IMG/VR virus record: IMGVR_UViG_3300032290_001007
Span: 1 to 40,079 of that record
DNA length: 40,079 nt
Origin: a virus
Taxonomy: Duplodnaviria; Caudoviricetes
Reading direction: 5' to 3' (one strand)
Position numbers and translations under genes: made by a program
Notes under the pieces: generated by a model
Database searches by the model: none
What the model saw: only the letters and a program-made list of their open reading frames with translations
What the model was told of the DNA's origin: nothing
Shown: positions 24,582 through 33,879 of the stretch, one piece after another
Numbering within the stretch: position 1 is the first letter of the stretch
How the letters are laid out: the number at the start of each line of letters is the position of its first letter

Positions 24582-25606
24582 GCGTTTCAATTATCCAAGG
24601 TGACTGCGTGCAGACCATGCGCGCCATGAAAGAGCGTGACGAGCGTGTGAATATGTGCGTCACCAGCCCGCCCTACTTCGGGCTGCGCGACTACGGGGCG
24701 GATGGCCAGATTGGGCTTGAGTCCACGCCTAATCAATACATCGCCAAGCTGGTCGAAGTCTTCTCTGCGCTGCGCGAAATTCTCGCTGACGACGGAACGC
24801 TGTGGCTTAACCTTGGCGACTCCTATGCTGGCTCAGGTAAAGGCGCGTGGAGCGCGCCGGATGAGCGCAAGGTGAACGTGAAAGAGGTTTATCGGCCAAC
24901 CGGCAATACGGCGCGTGAGGCGGAAGTCACAAAGCTCGCTGGTGAAGATCGCAAGTTTGGTTTCAAAAACAAAGACCTGATGATGATCCCCGCCCGCGTT
25001 GCCATGGCCCTGCAAGCGGACGGCTGGTATTTGAGAAGCGCCTGTCCATGGCTGAAGCGCAACGCCATGCCGGACAGCACGCGCGACCGGCCCACAACCA
25101 GCATCGAAACTATTTTCCTGCTTTCGAAATCGCCCAAGTATTATTACGACAACGAAGCCGTGAAGGTGCTGGCCCGCACCGGAGCGAACGGCAGTCGCTT
25201 CGATATCGGCAAGACCGCGGAGCATCAGTTGAACCGCGCCAGCACGGAGCCACGCAAAGAGGATGGTAAGCGTGCCCGCCGCGCCTCCGACTGGTTCTTT
25301 GAGTCATGGCAGGGGATGCTGCAAGACGATGAGGGAGACCCGTTGGCTTTTGTGGTCAACACGAAGCCGTATCGGGAAGCGCACTTCGCCACGTTTCCGC
25401 CGAAGCTGATCGCGCCGTGCATCGTGGCCGGATGCTTAACGGGGGGGGTAGTGATCGACCCGTTCGGAGGGAGCGGCACAACGGGCGAGGTCGCAACGTC
25501 GCTCGGACGCAGCGCTATTCTGTGCGAACTGAATCCCGATTACGTCAACCTAGCGTCCGCGAGAAACAGAATGCCGCAGACAATACCAAGCCTTAGCTTA
25601 GATTAA
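24578..25606 (+). CDS. DNA amino-methyltransferase (N4-C/N6-A, beta class)
   Basis: Catalytic VTSPPYF precedes SAM-binding IDPFGGSGTT; also HFATFP. No cognate restriction gene nearby. Confidence 0.92.
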   Translation: MSVSIIQGDCVQTMRAMKERDERVNMCVTSPPYFGLRDYGADGQIGLESTPNQYIAKLVEVFSALREILADDGTLWLNLGDSYAGSGKGAWSAPDERKVNVKEVYRPTGNTAREAEVTKLAGEDRKFGFKNKDLMMIPARVAMALQADGWYLRSACPWLKRNAMPDSTRDRPTTSIETIFLLSKSPKYYYDNEAVKVLARTGANGSRFDIGKTAEHQLNRASTEPRKEDGKRARRASDWFFESWQGMLQDDEGDPLAFVVNTKPYREAHFATFPPKLIAPCIVAGCLTGGVVIDPFGGSGTTGEVATSLGRSAILCELNPDYVNLASARNRMPQTIPSLSLD

Positions 25607-25818
25607 CCCTTGCCAACCCCCTGCCTGCCCGGCACGGCTGAGGCCAGTCGCCGAAACACGACCATGAAATACCCAAACCACTTGGTGTCGCAAGGCACCC
25701 GTCCCCGCGTTCTTCAATTGCCAGCAGGTGTGCGCACCATGCGGGATGTTTCCTTTGAGGAAGCGGGGGCGTTAATTTCAGCCGACGCGGGGGCGTTATT
25801 TTCACCCCGAGGCACACC

Positions 25819-27588
25819 ATGAACCGCACCCTAGCCACCGGACGCATGGAGACGCTGGACTTTGACGACGAAACGATTTCGGTAATTGCGCCAAGTAACG
25901 GGCTTCGCCACCCGCTCATTGCGCATGGCGAGAGCTTTGAGACCGCCTGCCCCGTTACGCTGCCCGTTGCCCTGCCGCCCACCCGCCTTGCGTTAGCCGA
26001 CCCCGAACCCGCCCCCTGCGCTGGCACCATCCACGACCCCCAAACTGAACGCTACCTGATCAGCCTGTGCCTGACCTACAGCGACAGCGTGATCGGTCAG
26101 TGTGATAGCGCCGGGATCACGCCCAACAGCTTTTTTGACCGCAACTGCGGCGTGCTGTTTAGACACGCGCTGGGCATCTGGCGTGAGCACGGCCAGGTGG
26201 ACACGGCCAAGCTGGTCGAAAGCTTGCGCGCCGCCAAAAAGTTTGAGCAAGTAGGCGGCTGGTTCGGCCTGAGCGATTTGACCGAACGGGTGCCGACCAC
26301 GATCAACGCCACGTCTTTGATCAACACCGTGCGCAACGACAGCCTGCGCCGCGCCCTGATCGACCTGTCCATGAAGGCGGTGGAGGATGCGCGGGCCAGC
26401 CGCGATCCGGCCGAGGTGCTGAAGGAGCAGTTGGCTAGGTTGCAGGGTTTGGCCCATGCGCCGAAGGCAGAGGCGCCCACGCTGCGCGATCCCTCCTCCT
26501 TCGCCCTGCCGCCCGACAACGACAGCACGATCCTGCTGGGCGACCGCTACCTGAACCGGGGCGACGGTGCCGTTTTGGTCGGCACGTCCGGCATCGGCAA
26601 GAGCAGCATGGAAATGCAGATGGCCGTAACGTGGGCCCTGGGCCGGGCCTGCTTTGGCATCAGGCCGAACGGTCCCATGCGCAGCCTGATCATCCAGTCC
26701 GAGGACAGCGACGGCGACATTGCGGAAATGTGGACGAGCATGAGCGTGACCATGCGCCTGAGTGCGGACGAGATGGCGTTGGTGAACGAGCGCGTCAAGA
26801 TCGTGAACGAGCGCGTGAAGCGCGGTCGTGAATTTACCCACGAACTGAAGACCAGCATCAACGCGCACAACCCCGACTTAGTGTGGATCAACCCATTGCA
26901 AGCGTTTATGGACGGCGACGTAACCGACAGCCAAGACCTGGGCCAATTTTTAAGAGGCGACCTGAACAAGTTGAACGTGCCGCCCCGTTTCGCCTACATG
27001 GTGGTCCACCACACGACCAAGCCGGCCACCGGCAAAGACCGGGCCGAGCGTCAGTGGCATGAAGTGATGTATGACATGGCCGGTGGTGCCGAAATTATCA
27101 ACTGGGCCCGCGCCATCCTGAGCCTGCGGGCCGCTCCGACCGAGGGTGAGTTCAACCTGGTGTTGGCCAAGCGCGGCCGACGCGCGGGCGTGGTCAAGGA
27201 AGTGCCGCACGGCGCCGGAATGCGGCTGGAGCCACAGACCGTGATCCCGCTGAAGCACAGCACCGGCCGAATCGCGGTCCAAGTCGTGGCGCGCGGACTG
27301 CCAGCGATCTACTGGGAGACAAGAGCACCCGACGTTAAGCTGGACCCCGAGGAAAAGAAGGCCCGCGGCGGTCGGCCGGTCGTTTACGAGTTCAGCGACT
27401 ACAAGACCGTGTTCCCGACCAAGGCCAGTAACGGCCTGCCGATCAGCGAACTGAAGCGGGCCTTGGACGCCAACGGCGAAATCGACAAGCGCATGTTGAA
27501 CACCGCCCTGAAGCGGTGGGAGGCCGAGGGCTGCATCGAAGTGCTGCGGACGGTCGGCCACCCCATGCGCTATCGCTGCGTGTTTTAG
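25819..27588 (+). CDS. Replicative helicase: DnaB-like N-terminal domain fused to a RepA/AAA_25-type ATPase
   Basis: DPQTERYLIS.C...FF...LF...VGG...L (DnaB-N-like); Walker A GTSGIGKS; QSEDS; VWINPL; VVHHTTKP; AGGAEIINWARA. Confidence 0.75.
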   Translation: MNRTLATGRMETLDFDDETISVIAPSNGLRHPLIAHGESFETACPVTLPVALPPTRLALADPEPAPCAGTIHDPQTERYLISLCLTYSDSVIGQCDSAGITPNSFFDRNCGVLFRHALGIWREHGQVDTAKLVESLRAAKKFEQVGGWFGLSDLTERVPTTINATSLINTVRNDSLRRALIDLSMKAVEDARASRDPAEVLKEQLARLQGLAHAPKAEAPTLRDPSSFALPPDNDSTILLGDRYLNRGDGAVLVGTSGIGKSSMEMQMAVTWALGRACFGIRPNGPMRSLIIQSEDSDGDIAEMWTSMSVTMRLSADEMALVNERVKIVNERVKRGREFTHELKTSINAHNPDLVWINPLQAFMDGDVTDSQDLGQFLRGDLNKLNVPPRFAYMVVHHTTKPATGKDRAERQWHEVMYDMAGGAEIINWARAILSLRAAPTEGEFNLVLAKRGRRAGVVKEVPHGAGMRLEPQTVIPLKHSTGRIAVQVVARGLPAIYWETRAPDVKLDPEEKKARGGRPVVYEFSDYKTVFPTKASNGLPISELKRALDANGEIDKRMLNTALKRWEAEGCIEVLRTVGHPMRYRCVF

Positions 27589-27603
27589 CAGCCGGTGCCC
27601 GCC

Positions 27604-28281
27604 TTAATCCATCTCCAGCCCTGCGTGCTGGCTAATGGCGGGTGCTGCCGCCCGCTTCTTGGGCCACTTAGCCGCCTCCCGCCAAGCCGTGGCCCGCGTG
27701 ACCCCTCCGAGGTCCAGCGCCAGCGCATCATAGTCAGCCCCGCCCGTCCTGGCCCGCCACGCGTCCACGATGGGCCCCCGCAGCGCCGGGACCGGCATCC
27801 GCTTGCTGGGCCGACCCAAGATTTTGCCATTAGCCCGAGCCACCGCCAGCCCAGCGCGCGTCCGCTCTTGGATGAGCGACCGCTCGAACTGCGCGATTAC
27901 GGCCAGCATCCCTTTGAGCATGTCCGCGCACGGATTGGCCGATGACGTGTCAATTCCCTGGCCCGGAATGATGAGTGCCACGCCGCACCTATCCAGCGTC
28001 GCCGTCAGGTGAACGAAATTAGTGAGCGACCGGGCAAGACGGTCCAGCTTCACGACCATGATGGCGTCAATTTGCCGGGCCTCCACCAAGGCCATCAGGT
28101 GGTCCAGCCCCGTGCGGCTGGCTTTTGAGCCCGAGATGACATCCGTGATCTCGTGGAGGGGTGTAATTCCGCGCATTTTGGCGGCATTGCGAAGCTCCAG
28201 CAGTTGGGGCTCCAAGTTTTGATTTTCGGTCGATACGCGGCAGTAGAGGGCGAGTTTCATGGGTTCGGAAGTAAGTTTCAT
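27604..28281 (-). CDS. Small serine recombinase (resolvase/invertase family)
   Basis: LYCRVSTENQ (catalytic Ser), SGSKASRTGL, VVKLDRLARS, IAQFERSLIQERTRAGLAVAR..GK.LGRP, C-terminal HTH-like segment. Start is 28281 or 28260. Confidence 0.93.
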   Translation of the reverse strand: MKLTSEPMKLALYCRVSTENQNLEPQLLELRNAAKMRGITPLHEITDVISGSKASRTGLDHLMALVEARQIDAIMVVKLDRLARSLTNFVHLTATLDRCGVALIIPGQGIDTSSANPCADMLKGMLAVIAQFERSLIQERTRAGLAVARANGKILGRPSKRMPVPALRGPIVDAWRARTGGADYDALALDLGGVTRATAWREAAKWPKKRAAAPAISQHAGLEMD

Positions 28282-28329
28282 GGGTTTGTGGCCACGACGT
28301 TGATGGATGCCGTTGCGTGCGTCAAGCAC

Positions 28330-29079
28330 GTTTCGCAGCGAACCAGATTATATTTTGCAACAAAATGCGGCCTTTTTTTGGTTGCAAAGACGAGGCGGTG
28401 AAAAGCCATCATTAAACCATCATTTAACCTAGTAATATCATCGGAAATTCGTTCGGCGTCATTAAACCTCTTTTTCCCCTAGTGGGAAAAGAGTTTGTTT
28501 AATGACGACGAAAAGGCGTTCGGTTTTTGCGAAGGAAGGATGAAACCTAAAATGACGCGGATTGCAAAGTGGAGCGTCACGCAACCAGCGCATCGCGGTT
28601 TTATTAAAAATGCTCTGCAAAATTTTTGGTATGGGGGCGGATGTATTGTCTTTTCGCGCAGCCCGGGTTCCTGGACCTCCCCCCCCCGTCGGCTCCAGCT
28701 CGGCAGCGTTCCGAGGATCGGCCAGAAAACCAGCCTGATCCTCGGAACGGCTCGGCTGTCAGGGTCCGGACCTAGCGTTGCCTGACGTCCCTCACGAAAC
28801 CGAATCGTGCATAATGCATGAACACTGAGGCAAACACCCTAGGTCATGCCAAATAGTGCCCTTTTCCGGCCCGATCAGGCAAAACGTGAGGGACGGGACG
28901 TGTTTGGCGTCAAATCGCCTAGGATCGCAGCCGTTGGCGTTTGGCGCATGTCGTGGAGCACACAAACACAGCGCGCCAAGCCTAGAAAATTTCGACACAG
29001 GGAGAAAACCTATTCGAGACTCAGTCTCAACTTACCCCATCGCAGTCTCACCTTACTTGCAATTGAGACTCAGTCTCAA
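28330..29079. other. Non-coding region rich in inverted repeats (candidate res site, packaging/terminus or origin)
   Basis: Inverted repeats at ~28354-28389, 28457-28507 and 28707-28748; C9 run at 28679-28687; GAGACTCAGTCTC palindromes at 29016-29028 and 29063-29079. Confidence 0.55.
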
Positions 29080-29621
29080 ACCTCAATGATCGGCTTTGCG
29101 TCCTTGGCAACCTCGGCCATCATTTGCTCTCGTGTCATCTGCCCATAGTTATTCACCGTAACCGATACGTTCCCGCTTTGCGCAGTCCGGCCCGAAATCG
29201 CGGCCAGCTTGTCAATGCTGATTGCTAGGGTCATATTCAAATCGCTCAACTTCTGCTCATCCCCATCCAGCTTTTCCAGAACTCGGCTGGCCGTCTTGTC
29301 CGCGATGATTTGGAGCTTGGCCGAAATCATTGCTTGAAACTCCTCGGCTGGAATGCCGGTGATTCGTGCGATGTGAGAACGATCCTGCTCTGTGACCGGA
29401 CCGGCCCGAGCTAACGGCGAAAGTGGAATGCCTCGGCCAGCTATGATGCGGTCAGCTAAACCCTCGGCCAGTGCGTCTGGCCGATATGTCCGCTTGTCTC
29501 TGTGCTGCGCTCCCTTGGGGTTTCCCCCGTTCTTGCCATTGGCTGCACTCGTCCGGCTCCGGCCGTCGGCTTCGCTTACCATAGGCGCGCGCTCCCCTTC
29601 GTCCAAATCCAAGTGTTCCAT
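29076..29621 (-). CDS. Putative terminase small subunit
   Basis: SAANGKNGGNPKG DNA-binding-type motif, helical core (DLNMTLAISIDKLAAISG), C-terminal VSVTVNNY...IIEV as in TerS-like proteins. Confidence 0.55.
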   Translation of the reverse strand: MEHLDLDEGERAPMVSEADGRSRTSAANGKNGGNPKGAQHRDKRTYRPDALAEGLADRIIAGRGIPLSPLARAGPVTEQDRSHIARITGIPAEEFQAMISAKLQIIADKTASRVLEKLDGDEQKLSDLNMTLAISIDKLAAISGRTAQSGNVSVTVNNYGQMTREQMMAEVAKDAKPIIEV

Positions 29622-29878
29622 AGTTGCGCCTAGCTAACCCTAGGCGCGCGGCTGGCAAGCCTCTACCCTCGCCAATCGCCAGCCCTTGCAACCCCCAAAA
29701 CCGTATCGCAATTCTGGATATTTGCCTAATTGCCAGATAAAAGCGCAAACTTTCGTGCAATATAAGCCATTGCCAGCAATGCCGTTGCAACGGTGGCCAA
29801 TCTTTTGTCTCGTTTGGCGGGATTAATGTGGTAAGGTGTCGTCAGTCAGATTAACCCGCCCTTAAAAAACTTCGCCCC

Positions 29879-29974
29879 ATGCGCTCTAAATCCTCCGCCC
29901 TTTCCGAACTCATCGGCTCGTTCGCCTTTCTGGCCTTACTAGGTCTTGGCCTATTCCTCGCCGCATTTTTGTAA
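29879..29974 (+). CDS. Small transmembrane peptide (31 aa), first early gene
   Basis: Read by hand: MRSKSSALSELIGSFAFLALLGLGLFLAAFL. Confidence 0.5.
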   Translation: MRSKSSALSELIGSFAFLALLGLGLFLAAFL

Positions 29975-29996
29975 CGCTCGCCCTAGTCGCAACCAA

Positions 29997-30321
29997 AACT
30001 GTCCGCTCTAACCGGCCTATTCTATGCAAACCATCACTTGGAAGAAATGCCCTAGCGTAACCCGCCCGCGCAAGTTTTTCTTCGCTGCCAAAGTTGGCGC
30101 CGAAACCGTCACCGTCTGCCAGTCTTGGAAAACCGGAAAGTGGGCGGCCGACGGTTTCCTTGCCGAATTTGACAACGCCAAACAGGCAATGCGCTACGTT
30201 GCACTCGTTGAGAGCAACAAAACCAATCCTGCCCTACTGGCCTTGCGCCGCGCCTGCACGCCTACGCCTAGCAATCCTGCCATCGTTGGCATTCCGGCCC
30301 ACTCCTAACTGTCCGCTCTAA
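29997..30321 (+). repeat. 15-bp direct repeat AACTGTCCGCTCTAA upstream of two consecutive early genes
   Basis: Copies at 29997-30011 and 30307-30321. Both downstream genes begin ctATGCAAACC. Confidence 0.85.
30024..30308 (+). CDS. Early hypothetical protein
   Basis: 94-aa ORF after the repeated leader. Confidence 0.55.
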   Translation: MQTITWKKCPSVTRPRKFFFAAKVGAETVTVCQSWKTGKWAADGFLAEFDNAKQAMRYVALVESNKTNPALLALRRACTPTPSNPAIVGIPAHS

Positions 30322-30334
30322 ACGCTCGCAACCT

Positions 30335-30565
30335 ATGCAAACCGCAATCCAACACTCCACATTCCCCGACGGCGGGTTTGTCCTGCACCGCATCACATTC
30401 CCCATGTTCGCTGGCCGCTTTTCCGCATGGTTTGCGGCCGACGGCACACTCTTGGATGCCGAGGCAATCTCTGATCGGCGCCGCGTTTCGCAAGTTAAGC
30501 GCGATGGAATCAAGTGGGGATATATCCGCGCCGTCGGCAAGCGTTACGTGCACCCCTCGTCCTAA
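30335..30565 (+). CDS. Early hypothetical protein
   Basis: 76 aa; SAWFAADGTLLDAE. Confidence 0.6.
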   Translation: MQTAIQHSTFPDGGFVLHRITFPMFAGRFSAWFAADGTLLDAEAISDRRRVSQVKRDGIKWGYIRAVGKRYVHPSS

Positions 30566-30592
30566 CCTCCAACCCTTCGCCCTCTCAATTCT

Positions 30593-30949
30593 ATGAGCAC
30601 AGTGTCTAAACAATTCGCCCTCTCTGAAATGGTCCGCCTTGGCAACGAAAACACCCTTCTGTCCCTCGCCCTTTCCGACGTTCTCAACGGCGCCGTCAAG
30701 TGGTTCGGACACTCGCCAGCCTATAACCTCGGCATTTCCCGTCCCACTGGTGCGGCCGGAGGGATTGTAATCTTACGCGTCGGCGCAATGGCGAGCGCGC
30801 ACTATTGGGAGCAATTCTCAGCATCGGAAACGGCGCATATAAACGCGTGCATCACTGGCGAGGACACGGAATACAATCGCGGCTTGCTCGTTCGGCGCGC
30901 TGCGATTTCAGACGCGCAAGCATACGTGGATATGGGGCGCTCTGCTTAA
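30593..30949 (+). CDS. Early hypothetical protein
   Basis: 118-aa ORF in a tandem array. Confidence 0.55.
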   Translation: MSTVSKQFALSEMVRLGNENTLLSLALSDVLNGAVKWFGHSPAYNLGISRPTGAAGGIVILRVGAMASAHYWEQFSASETAHINACITGEDTEYNRGLLVRRAAISDAQAYVDMGRSA

Positions 30950-31004
30950 GCCCTTCTTCACCCTCTCCCTTCTCCCGATCCTCAAACCTTAACGCTCCAT
31001 ACTT

Positions 31005-31460
31005 ATGACAACTAAACAGCCCGCTTTTATCACTGATTCGCAATCTCTCGTTTCCGCCTCTATCCGTGGCCATTCCGTCCCTACGTATGACGATGGATTC
31101 GGCCGCCTCTACGTCTGGCAAACCACGTGCGGAAACTTCGGCATGGTTGGCGGAATCGTCCGCGCGCAAAGCTGGGAGGACGCCTACTCTATCTGTGAGG
31201 ACGAATTTTTCCCGGCCGGCGACGAAGACGCAGCCGCGGACTATGCCAAGATGGAGGCGTTGCCAGACGGCGAGGAAAAGAATCACGCGCAAGCCTGCTG
31301 GGATGAAGCCTACGGCCATCGCGGAAACGGCCGCAAGATGGCCGATGGCTCTATGTCTTACATCTATGCCAAGGATTTGAACGGCGATCGGCTGGACGCG
31401 CTCACACCTGGCATGATTGCGGAATGGGAGATTGTTTTGGAAATCGCAGAGAACGAGTAA
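31005..31460 (+). CDS. Early acidic hypothetical protein
   Basis: 151 aa, Asp/Glu-rich. Confidence 0.65.
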   Translation: MTTKQPAFITDSQSLVSASIRGHSVPTYDDGFGRLYVWQTTCGNFGMVGGIVRAQSWEDAYSICEDEFFPAGDEDAAADYAKMEALPDGEEKNHAQACWDEAYGHRGNGRKMADGSMSYIYAKDLNGDRLDALTPGMIAEWEIVLEIAENE

Positions 31461-31490
31461 CATCCGCGCCAACACCTAACCACACTATTT

Positions 31491-31730
31491 ATGCAACTCA
31501 CTCCCGGCGCCCGCGTCGCCTACTCCGCAAAATTCCTTCGCTCTATCGGTGACTATTCGCACGCATCGGCATCGATGCGCGGCACCGTGCAATCTCTGCG
31601 GCCGATGGCTCATAGTGAAAATTGTTACGTCAAAATCAAATGGGATCACGACGACGACGAACTGCGGGCCGGCGCCCTTTCGTGCAACTTGGTCGCCGTC
31701 GCCGGCATTCCTGCGGACGCGGCCGGATAA
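31491..31730 (+). CDS. Early hypothetical protein (SH3-like pattern)
   Basis: PGARVAY...RGTV...VKIKWD...NL. Confidence 0.6.
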   Translation: MQLTPGARVAYSAKFLRSIGDYSHASASMRGTVQSLRPMAHSENCYVKIKWDHDDDELRAGALSCNLVAVAGIPADAAG

Positions 31731-31790
31731 CATCAACGCTAACAGACCGGCCCAAAACTTTACACCCATTTCTAACCCTAGCCAATAGCC

Positions 31791-32072
31791 ATGACCATTA
31801 CACCTAACACGCTTGCGCCAATTCCCGCCGGCAACTTCCACCGATTCCTTGCCAGGCGGAAACGCATTCGCGTCCCACACTGCGCCGATGTTCTCGCATG
31901 TGACCGGACCGGCGCACCGATTCACGAATTGCTAAACGAGCGCGAAAAATATGAGGCCGAAGGTATGATTGAAACCGTTGAGACTAACGGCTTCGGCTTG
32001 CGCGCCACGCATGACGGCTTGCTGCCTCTTCCGAAAAACTGGGAATTACTCAACTGGGAATTTCCTGCCTAA
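31791..32072 (+). CDS. Early hypothetical protein
   Basis: 93-aa ORF in the array. Confidence 0.55.
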   Translation: MTITPNTLAPIPAGNFHRFLARRKRIRVPHCADVLACDRTGAPIHELLNEREKYEAEGMIETVETNGFGLRATHDGLLPLPKNWELLNWEFPA

Positions 32073-32082
32073 CATTTCACCG

Positions 32083-32316
32083 ATGACTACTCCACTCCAC
32101 ACTCGCCAATTTAACGCCACGCCCGAAGGCCAGCGCGCTTTGTGCAACGCTGCCGACAGTAGGGCCACGGCTTTTATCATGGCCGCATTCCTTCGCAAAC
32201 GCGGCGTGGTCACGTATGACGACGCGTTTATCGCGTCTTGTAACGGCGCCACGCTGGCCAGCATTAAGACTGAGCTTTTGGCAGACTATAATGCGGCTGT
32301 TAAGGCCAACGCCTAA
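32083..32316 (+). CDS. Early hypothetical protein
   Basis: Start MTTPLH at 32083. Confidence 0.5.
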   Translation: MTTPLHTRQFNATPEGQRALCNAADSRATAFIMAAFLRKRGVVTYDDAFIASCNGATLASIKTELLADYNAAVKANA

Positions 32317-32347
32317 CAGCACACAAACGCCCGATCTTTACACGCTC

Positions 32348-32698
32348 ATGCAAATTCACCTTTCCACCCTTAAACGCTGGGCACGCCAAAAGGCGCCTGC
32401 CCATATCCGCGGCAAACACGCCCGCGTCTGGCGCCGCTTCGCCATTGTCAGACTTAACGGCCAGCCCGTTGCCGTCCCTGCCAAGGCTGCCGTCGCATGG
32501 ATGCGCTCAACCGCGGCAACCGTTGCAACCGTCACGCCCGGCGCCGTTGAGCTTGCCTCCGGCACGTCACGCGTGCGGCTTAAGTGCTGGGCAGACGACG
32601 TGCCGTGTGAAAAGAGCTACACGGTCACGGTAACCAATCACTGCTCCTTTGCGCCAATATATGAGCGCGCCCCCATTTCCGCCCTAGTCACACAGTAA
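32348..32698 (+). CDS. Early hypothetical protein
   Basis: Start MQIHL at 32348. Confidence 0.5.
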   Translation: MQIHLSTLKRWARQKAPAHIRGKHARVWRRFAIVRLNGQPVAVPAKAAVAWMRSTAATVATVTPGAVELASGTSRVRLKCWADDVPCEKSYTVTVTNHCSFAPIYERAPISALVTQ

Positions 32699-32722
32699 CC
32701 ACAAACGCCCGCCCATAATCCT

Positions 32723-33082
32723 ATGACAACGCCCACCATACACACGCCACACGCCCAGCATACGCCCGGCCCATTCACGGCCACACGCTCCGCTTTCTCG
32801 ACTGCCAACCTGGCAGAGATTCACATCGGCACGCCCGCCCTTACCGTTTGCGTGGTCTACAGTGACCCGCAAAGCACGCTGCGCGAAGAGATCGCGGCAA
32901 ACGTGGCGTTGCTTTGCGCCGCTCCCGATCTGCTTGCGGCTCTCGAATCCGCCCACCGCGCCCTCGTTACGTGCAATTCATGCCACAGGATCGGCGCGCT
33001 TCCGAGCGAAGCCGAGCGCCTCGAAATTGAAGCGGCCACGCTTGTCGCCCGCTCCGCCCTCGCCAAAGCACGCGCCCAGTAA
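32723..33082 (+). CDS. Early hypothetical protein (HTPGP...AAPDLLAALE family)
   Basis: Widespread phage motif HTPGPF...ANVALLCAAPDLLAALE...ARSALAKA. Confidence 0.7.
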   Translation: MTTPTIHTPHAQHTPGPFTATRSAFSTANLAEIHIGTPALTVCVVYSDPQSTLREEIAANVALLCAAPDLLAALESAHRALVTCNSCHRIGALPSEAERLEIEAATLVARSALAKARAQ

Positions 33083-33148
33083 ATTCCGTCCAGTTAAACG
33101 CACAAACCAAACCGCCGCACGGCACAACCGCCACACGGCACAAAACAT

Positions 33149-33670
33149 ATGACATCCAAACAGCAAAACATGATCCGCCTCTTTAACGGCCTTTCCGCCC
33201 TAGGCTTTACCTACGACGAAAGCGTCGCTCTCCGGCGCATCTCCCTCACGCTTTCGAGCTGGTCGGAAGCCGAGTGTAACGGCGAGATTGAGCGCAACGA
33301 GGAGACCGGCAAACCGGAACGCGTTTCCCGCGCTTACACGCAAGGCAACGGCCCGCGCCGCGCCTGGCCGGTGGCAGACCGCGAAGCCGGCGCGTTGCGT
33401 CGGCTGGCCGCCATCATGGCGCCCCACAAGCGCCGCCTGCTGGCCTACCATCAAGGCGACCCGCGCGGCTACGCGCTTTACATTGTGCGCCGCTCCGCGT
33501 TGCCCGCGCCGTCCCTGCTCATTACGGGTGCTGGCAAGGTATGGCAGGTAGGGCACAAGGGCCAATCGCCTTATGCCTGCACGTTCAATAGCAAAGCCGC
33601 AGCCCGCGCTTTCGTGGCGCGGGAAAACATTAACAGCAACTACACGCGCGGCCTGGCCGTGTGCGCCTAA
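33149..33670 (+). CDS. Early hypothetical protein
   Basis: EAECNG...DREAGAL...YHQGDPRGYALY. Confidence 0.7.
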   Translation: MTSKQQNMIRLFNGLSALGFTYDESVALRRISLTLSSWSEAECNGEIERNEETGKPERVSRAYTQGNGPRRAWPVADREAGALRRLAAIMAPHKRRLLAYHQGDPRGYALYIVRRSALPAPSLLITGAGKVWQVGHKGQSPYACTFNSKAAARAFVARENINSNYTRGLAVCA

Positions 33671-33683
33671 TCCCATCTCATGC

Positions 33684-33875
33684 ATGAACACGCTCATCCA
33701 AAACTACGTCAACGGCAACCTCGCCACGGCTAAACGGCAGGCAAAGCGCTTCGCCGCATGGCGCATCCGCGAAGCCTTCGTTGAGAGCTTCGGCTACTCG
33801 CTCAACAAGGCCACGCTAACGGCCGATTGGCTCAAAGGCCGCGACTGCTGGCAAGCGGCTTGCGATGCGGAGTAA
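33684..33875 (+). CDS. Early hypothetical protein
   Basis: Start MNTLIQNYVNGN at 33684. Confidence 0.55.
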   Translation: MNTLIQNYVNGNLATAKRQAKRFAAWRIREAFVESFGYSLNKATLTADWLKGRDCWQAACDAE

Positions 33876-33879
33876 CGCC

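Noticed and set aside
24578-25606. Restriction-modification system
   Set aside because: No restriction endonuclease is adjacent; orphan methyltransferases are ordinary in phages.
27604-28281. Serine recombinase as the phage integrase or part of a transposon
   Set aside because: It is only ~220 aa, lacking the recombinase and zinc-ribbon domains of large serine integrases. No transposase or terminal repeats were seen.
28495-29148. Short ORFs listed between the recombinase and terS
   Set aside because: No motifs, atypical composition and overlap with palindromes; likely non-coding.
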